From a virus: 15,182 nt of DNA. The translations under genes and the position numbers were made by a program. The stretch covers positions 1 through 15,182 of IMG/VR virus record IMGVR_UViG_3300028482_000024. One strand, given 5' to 3'. This document shows positions 8,533-14,400 of the stretch, in pieces (position 1 is the stretch's first letter; each line of letters opens with the position of its first letter). A model generated the notes under the pieces. That model made no database searches, was not told the origin of the DNA, and was given only the letters and a program-made list of their open reading frames with translations.

Positions 8533-9116
8533 TGAGTAAAGTATTTATTGAAGAAGAAACCCTTATTGGGATTGGTAATGCCATTCGTGAAAAGAACGGC
8601 ACTACGGATTTGATTGCGACTACTGATATGGCTACTGCGATTAGTAATCTGGCTACTGGAAATGGTAGTGGTAATTGGAGTGCCCCTGTGGCTCTAACGT
8701 GGGCGGATACTCAAATTAAAAATGGTGTCAAAGATTCAACAACAACTACTATAACATTTGATTTTTCTAATAAAATTGAGGCTTATGACTATGATTGGAT
8801 GTTTTTAACGTGTTGGGCGGTCTCTGGCTCTACAAAATATACGGTTGCGGTTATGCCTCTAACAACAGTTTTCCCCGACAATGTTGATACAGCAGTTAAG
8901 TTAGATAATTGTGGTGTTTGGTATATGTAGTATGGTAAAAGTGGCTCTGCCACTAACGCTAACGTAAATGCGTTGATTCCTTACTCCTTATACATCGAAG
9001 CATATTATAACCCTGCGACTTGTGAATTAAAATTACGCGGTTCAGGAATGTCAGAAAATCAATTTAAAAATTATGTTGATACAGTAGGCCAGTTGGTTCA
9101 TCGTAAATCTACTTAA
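8532..9116 (+). CDS. Putative fibre tip protein 2 (shares the N-terminal GNAIREK docking-like motif with the 6735 gene), 1 in-frame TAG
   Basis: The start is coupled to the collagen-like gene 2 stop (TAATG). The N-terminus EEETLIGIGNAIREKNGTTDLIATTDMATAISNL parallels NEESLVALGNAIREKTNTNDLLVFPNGMIDAINSI. The standard-code ORF stops at TAG 8928; read-through adds 62 codons, ending at TAA 9114-9116 just ahead of the next RBS. Confidence 0.65.
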
Positions 9117-9132
9117 TAAGGAGGTTTTGCCG

Positions 9133-9750
9133 ATGGGATTATATTGTGAGTTTAGTATAGTTGATGATTTAGGTTATCCGGCCGACTTGTCAGGCGGAGA
9201 TGAAAAAATCGGTGAGGCTTCGGTTTTTGTGAATTATTCCGCGGCGGTAGAAGCATTCATCACGACCTTTTTAGAAGTCGCTAATGAGTTAGTCCCCGTC
9301 GATACTGGATTTTTATAGAGCACCATTGATGCGGGCGGAGGTAGTGATTGGTGCTGGTGTGAAGCGACCGCAGACTACGCTCAATATGTAGAATACGGCA
9401 CAATTAGCATGGACGCATAGCCCTACTTTGAACCGGCTCTTATGGCAGGGATTGAGGCTCTTGGAGGAGAAGCAGAAATAGCCATAAGCGAAGCGTAGGA
9501 TGAATTAGAAGCCATACTGTCGAGTCTGATGGAGGCATCAATGGCGATGGCCGGTAGTTCAGGTGGTATGGGCGGTATGTTCTCCATGGGCTGGGGTCAA
9601 TTCTTTATGGGATTGGCGATTTTCGCGGCGATAACAATCATATTATTTCCGATTTTGGTAAATGTATATGCGATAATAGACTCATTAAGTTATAAGAGTG
9701 ATAGTGGTGGAGGCGGAGGAGGAGGCCTCCCCGAGGTCATTATTACATAA
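9133..9750 (+). CDS. HK97 gp10-like tail completion / head-tail joining protein (SPP1 gp16.1 position) with a glycine-rich transmembrane C-terminal extension, 3 in-frame TAG codons
   Basis: AAGGAGG at 9118-9124 lies 8 nt upstream of ATG 9133; the track TTG at 9127 is too close to the RBS. Track ORFs 9127-9318 and 9529-9750 share a frame, joined through TAGs at 9316, 9418 and 9496. Family motifs span the TAGs: VPVDTGFL-x-STI and ADYAQYVEYGTISMDA-x-PYFEPAL. The C-terminus reads GSSGGMGGMFSMGWGQFFMGLAIFAAITIILFPILVNVYAII...SGGGGGGGL. Confidence 0.7.
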
Positions 9751-9761
9751 GGAGGATTAAA

Positions 9762-9932
9762 ATGGCGAGATTAAGTAATCGTATGATTAAATACGAAGCC
9801 CCCGCAGGTTTCGTATATGACTGGGCCACTCCAAAAGATGATGGCAGTCATTTATATGTAAAATATTTATTTTTATCTAAAAATGATAAAATTGAAAATT
9901 ATATCCTGGTAAAAGACCCAAAAGAGGTGTAA
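9762..9932 (+). CDS. Small hypothetical protein (56 aa), paralog of the 7877-8068 product; below the ORF-track size cut-off
   Basis: AAGGAGG at 9749-9755 lies 6 nt upstream of ATG 9762. The translation is MARLSNRMIKYEAPAGFVYDWATPKDDGSHLYVKYLFLSKNDKIENYILVKDPKEV. It ends with TAA at 9930-9932, 2 nt before the next ATG. Confidence 0.5.
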   Translation: MARLSNRMIKYEAPAGFVYDWATPKDDGSHLYVKYLFLSKNDKIENYILVKDPKEV

Positions 9933-9934
9933 TT

Positions 9935-10351
9935 ATGTTAGAGAAATTAAAGACTGATTTTTACACAATGCTGGTTGAAGAACTGGGTTTAAATGTGCGA
10001 GATAACCGTAATTTCGAGGATGTCGAAAGCCCCTGGTTATTGCTTCGCACTAATGGATATCAACGCGTCCATAGTTTAGGGGTAAGGATGTCTAAAATTA
10101 CATTGGTATTAGATGTATTTTCCCAGTATAATGGCGAAAGAGAAATCATTCAAATCGTTGATAAAGTCGCAGACAGTATCGATGGATTTTTGGCTCAACA
10201 CCCCGAAGTATTATTTTGCCATCAAAGAACCGTTAAGATTTTGGATGATAAATCTACGGGAGTAGTTCGTAAGCACGGCGTGATTGCTTACGAGTTTATG
10301 ATGGGGGAGCATTTTGCTCTCGAAGGCGAGGAGGACCGCACTGATGAGTAA
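9935..10351 (+). CDS. Probable tail terminator / tail-to-head joining protein (SPP1 gp17 position)
   Basis: Intact 138-aa ORF between the gp10-like gene and the major tail gene. The call rests on size and synteny only. The TAA at 10349-10351 overlaps the next start (ATGAGTAA). Confidence 0.45.
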   Translation: MLEKLKTDFYTMLVEELGLNVRDNRNFEDVESPWLLLRTNGYQRVHSLGVRMSKITLVLDVFSQYNGEREIIQIVDKVADSIDGFLAQHPEVLFCHQRTVKILDDKSTGVVRKHGVIAYEFMMGEHFALEGEEDRTDE

Positions 10352-10730
10352 TGTAGCCCGCAGTATTGATACTGTAATTCGCCTAAATGGCGTGGCTCTT
10401 GGCGGACAGCAGGGAGCCAATCTGGTTAGACAGACCGAGGCCATTGATATTACTAATCATATTAATGGTGAATGGTCCGAGAGTCTCGCAGGTAAGAAGA
10501 GTTGGAGCATTGTGTGCTCTGGCTTATATATCACTAATGATAGAGCCTTTAACCTTTTGGATGATGCTTTTATGAATAATAAGACTGTTGAAGTTCTTAT
10601 TTCTTTTGGCTCAACTAAATTGAAGGGTAATGCCATTATCACTGATTTTCCTTTGAGTTCTGTGTTTAATAAGGAGTTTAAATATAATGTTAGACTCCTT
10701 GGCACAGGGGCACTTCTGCCGGAGGCATAA
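10344..10730 (+). CDS. Major tail (tube) protein, TP901-1/phi13 family type
   Basis: GAGGAGG at 10328-10334 lies 9 nt upstream of ATG 10344; the track start at 10314 is inside the previous gene. The 128-aa product fits the family pattern: LNGVALGGQQGANLVRQTEAIDITNHINGEWSESLAGKKSWSIVCSGLYI..AFNLLDDAF..KTVEVLISFG..LKGNAIITDFPL...KYNVRLLGTGALL. Confidence 0.8.
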   Translation: MSNVARSIDTVIRLNGVALGGQQGANLVRQTEAIDITNHINGEWSESLAGKKSWSIVCSGLYITNDRAFNLLDDAFMNNKTVEVLISFGSTKLKGNAIITDFPLSSVFNKEFKYNVRLLGTGALLPEA

Positions 10731-10731
10731 G

Positions 10732-11220
10732 ATGCTTCTACGAACCCATAGAAAAATCTATGAGTTCAATTTTGGTCTCAAAGGATTAATTATGATGCGA
10801 GAAAACGCAGATTTAGTGATGGCAAATGATAAGCATTTTATTTTATATTGTGGGCTTGTGAGTAAGCAACCCACAATTACATTTCAGGAAATTGATGAAA
10901 TTATAAATGAATGCGACTTATCGCAACTTGACATCACACCAAATATCCTTTCTTTATTCGAAGTTGAGGAGTTATACACGAAGGCCGTTGGCGAAATAGG
11001 TATAACTCCCAACGATTTTTACTCTATGACTCCTGGCGAGATTGACCTCGCTTATGAGGGTTATTTGAGAAGAAAAGAGACCGAAGCGAACTTAACCAAA
11101 ATGGCTATTATAACCAGCCAAGACGGTGAATTAATACGTTTAACAGAAGATAAGGGTTATTCCGTAGGCAGTAAGGCAGAACGAGAAAAAGTGTTTAGAT
11201 TATTAAATATTCAAGAATAA
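10732..11220 (+). CDS. Tail assembly chaperone (G-like N-terminal half and T-like C-terminal half in one frame)
   Basis: GGAGG at 10721-10725 lies 6 nt upstream of ATG 10732. The N-terminus KIYEFNFGLKGLIMMRENADL matches the TAC pattern, and the C-terminal GITPNDFYSMTPGEIDLAYEGYLRR matches the P..FW.lTp.El motif of chaperone T-type segments (from memory). It sits directly after the tail tube gene. Confidence 0.6.
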   Translation: MLLRTHRKIYEFNFGLKGLIMMRENADLVMANDKHFILYCGLVSKQPTITFQEIDEIINECDLSQLDITPNILSLFEVEELYTKAVGEIGITPNDFYSMTPGEIDLAYEGYLRRKETEANLTKMAIITSQDGELIRLTEDKGYSVGSKAEREKVFRLLNIQE

Positions 11221-11232
11221 GGGGGATTTTAA

Positions 11233-11403
11233 ATGAATTATAATGAACTCTTAACCCAGTTATCGACAAAGATGTCATCTGCGTCAATTAAAGCAAGTGG
11301 CTCCCGCACTGCTAATAACGCAGTATCGACACCGAAGGAAGATAACACCTCTACAATGTTGAATAAGATTGGATTAGAAGTCCAAAGACAAGGAGGATAT
11401 TGA
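11233..11403 (+). CDS. 56-aa hypothetical protein occupying the slot where a tape measure gene is expected
   Basis: AAGGGGGA lies ~6 nt upstream of ATG 11233. The translation is MNYNELLTQLSTKMSSASIKASGSRTANNAVSTPKEDNTSTMLNKIGLEVQRQGGY. TGA at 11401-11403 overlaps the next ATG (TGATG). It is below the track size cut-off, and coding status is not proven. Confidence 0.4.
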   Translation: MNYNELLTQLSTKMSSASIKASGSRTANNAVSTPKEDNTSTMLNKIGLEVQRQGGY

Positions 11404-14400
11404 TGCTAATTAATGGAATTGAATTAAGTAAGTTGGGCGTTCAGTTGTTTGACCGCGTGCTGTATAGCAACTCAATTGATACCGCACAGGAATGGTTAGA
11501 CGGCGACATTCAGCCTACATTTATTCGCCAGCAAGACCGCTTCAAGACCATTGAATTACAGTTTTTAGTTTTGAGTGCCGATGAAGATGAGGCATTTAGA
11601 CGCATTAGTAAATTAACCGCTATGCTAAAAAAGGCTACTGTAAAGTTCGATGATTTAGGTCTTATGTTTGATGTTAGCATTACTAATGTGGGCGAACCAT
11701 CTCGTCTAAAAAATGGCAACTTCGTTGTATCTTACACATTATCCAGTGGATATGCGAAGGGTCAGCGAGAGATTTACACCACAAATGCTAATATGACTAA
11801 CTCATTTAAATTAACTGTCGCATATTACAAGAACTCAACAACCTTACTATCAAGCGAGACTGTTGTAATTCGTGCTTCTGCTTTTGACAAGGAAAATCTC
11901 GGATTGGCGGATTTGGGAATTGATGTAAATAAGCATCAACCTGAATACCATAATAATGGTGTCGCAACCAATCTAAATGGTTTAGACTTAACCTATGAGA
12001 ACTTACAAAGTTTAAAGGTGTTAATTATTAATTACGCACCTATTAGTTATAACCTATCTGTTGTCTATTATATGGATAACGGTCAAGGTCTATATAACGA
12101 AATACTGAACCGCACGGTTTCATTTACGCAAGAAGGTTTATCAAATTATCAGACTATCGGCCAGTTGGTCGGAGTCAAGGATTATCGTCCAGAAGGATAT
12201 AAAGGTAAAGTATCTTACACCGGAGCATTGGAACTGAATGAACTATTGGCTCATGCCCCGATTTCTGTATTCTACGACAAGATTGAAACAGAAATGAGTA
12301 AGAATATTTTCATTGCCTATAAAGCAGAAAATGATGACGGAGGATTTGACACTATCCAGTCCGTTATTATTAATGTTAGTGAGGCTCAATTTTATGATGG
12401 TCTAACTCTCAAAGACATTATCAGCGTTGATGGTTATAATCCCAATCCAAGTTATTATAATGCGGGTTATATTGATGGATTCGCCTCTAATGCTCTTATT
12501 ACTTATGAGAATATTGAGACCGCGTATAGTGTCATTTATACCAAGGCTGTAAATACTGTTTATGTAGAATACTACGCAGGAACTTATCCCGATTGGTATA
12601 GATTATCAACTGCTACATTACAGACAAAGCATTTGGATAAGTATGATAGAGCGTTCAACGTTTTAACTGATTTGAACCTGGACTTAAATAAATATCATAC
12701 TGCCCCATATAATGATGGTGCGTTATATAATCAAGACATTTATCAGACTTATGATGATGTGCTGAACGCAGGCGTTTTACAAGTTTATTACACCGCTATT
12801 GATTATCCAATCACTGTTAATTATTATGTGGGAGACTTAACCGCTACTCCCGTTAGCGAGACCGTTAATATTAACGCATTAATGTTCTTCGGCAATCCTA
12901 TTTTGAGTGATATTATTCCTATTTTGGCACATCGTCCAGAAGGATATCAATTTAGTGAGAACTTTTCTTATAATGGCGAGGTAAGTTTGGAGGCATTGAC
13001 CCAGGCTTCACCTATTATGGTCGTCTATGAAGAAATCGAAGTGATGCGTTCAAAGAATATCATCGTCCGTTATAAGCAGGAATTGGCATCCGCATACTCA
13101 ACAATTACAACTAATTTAATTACTGTTAATGAGGCTGACATAATTGGTGGTGTGCGTTTAAAGGATGTTATCGCACTGGACGCGTATCGTCCTGAATACT
13201 ATGACAGTGGCATTATTGATGGTGCGAGTTCAACTGCTCTTATGACATTTGACACTCTTGGAGCGTCTTATGATGTATTATACGTAGCAAAGAGTTATAC
13301 TACTCCCGTCCGCTACTATATTGACGAGATTGATGATTTACATTGGATTGGTAGTGCTTCAATTAGTTATCGAGTAATTGATTTTGAGACCACTACTACT
13401 CTATTTGATTTTGGACTTAACTTAAATGCTTATAAGCCCTCTTATGCGGGTGATGGCGTTTTACAATATACTGGTCCTGTTATTTTCTCCGCTCTCTTGG
13501 ACGCACAATCCATTGATGTATTGTATTTAACAGAGACTACTCCACCTGACGAAGATGGTATTGACTATCCTCACCGTTTCTTGTTCTTACAGCATAACGA
13601 TTTGGGTAGTTATGAATATCTACATCCTGAATGGACTATGAACCACGCATTTATTAACACAGGCGTGTCCGCAGAAGATATGTCCCGTTTAACCGTGGTT
13701 ATGGAGTGTGCCCGAGCAGATGAAAATGTCCCCATGTATCAAGTAAATGCGGGATATTCTTATTTATTTGGTAGCACAGGAACCCAGGGCTCATTCTTCA
13801 TGAGATATAATAACCAGACAATGTATGGCGAGGGCCTGACAGGCGTAGATACTTACGAAGCCAAGGCAGGTAATTACAGCAACGCATTAGTGCTGACCGC
13901 AGACAGTGCCGTAGGATTTAGTGAGAATACAGGTATTTATAGTTCTCCACAAGAGGGTTATAGCCGTGCCACTTTCACTTACAGCAACCTTTTGGCAACC
14001 GACGGGGCTCCGATGACTTATCCATTGTATTTGTTCGCAAATAATAATTATGGTAGTTATTCTAACGGCATCGCAGGTGTAGGTATTTATAGTTGTCGTA
14101 TTTATTATAACGACCAAATCATCCGTGATTTCATTCCAGTTCAATTCTACGATAAGATTGGCGATTTAGTCGCACCAAGCAACTGCTTATACGATAAGAT
14201 TACCAAGACCTTCTTCGAGGATGGCACAGGATTAAATAGTTTTAATATTCGTGATGATGAACGTTATGAGGATACAAATCTACAACATAAAATCGGACAT
14301 TGTTATGTCAATTATTATAAGGGTCTCGACTTTATGAAGACTGTCGTCGTGTATTTCCGTGGCGATGAGTTTGACGATGGCGAGTTCGACCTTTATGAGC

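Noticed and set aside
6241-9116. CRISPR array or diversity-generating retroelement (TR/VR pair) among the repeated fibre genes
   Set aside because: The repeats are 9-nt coding periodicity and diverged paralogs (~50-70 percent identity by eye), not spacer-repeat units or near-identical adenine-mutated template/variable repeats. No reverse transcriptase is in the window.
9700-9725. GGN-rich run (ggtggaggcggaggaggaggc) as a simple-sequence repeat or G-quadruplex element
   Set aside because: It is in frame and simply encodes a Gly7 tract in the C-terminal tail of the gp10-like protein.
1-9750. Interpretation as a decayed or pseudogenised prophage with many nonsense mutations
   Set aside because: All 27 interruptions are TAG. 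There are no in-frame TAA or TGA codons and no frameshifts. Conserved motifs persist downstream of the interruptions, and TAG is never used as a real terminator here. Random decay would not produce this pattern.
10732-11232. Programmed -1 frameshift producing a G/GT chaperone pair
   Set aside because: The G-like and T-like motifs are already in one continuous frame. The ORF ends with TAA followed by a second in-frame TAA 9 nt later. I did not spot a heptameric slippery site with an open -1 frame extension. This was not tested computationally.
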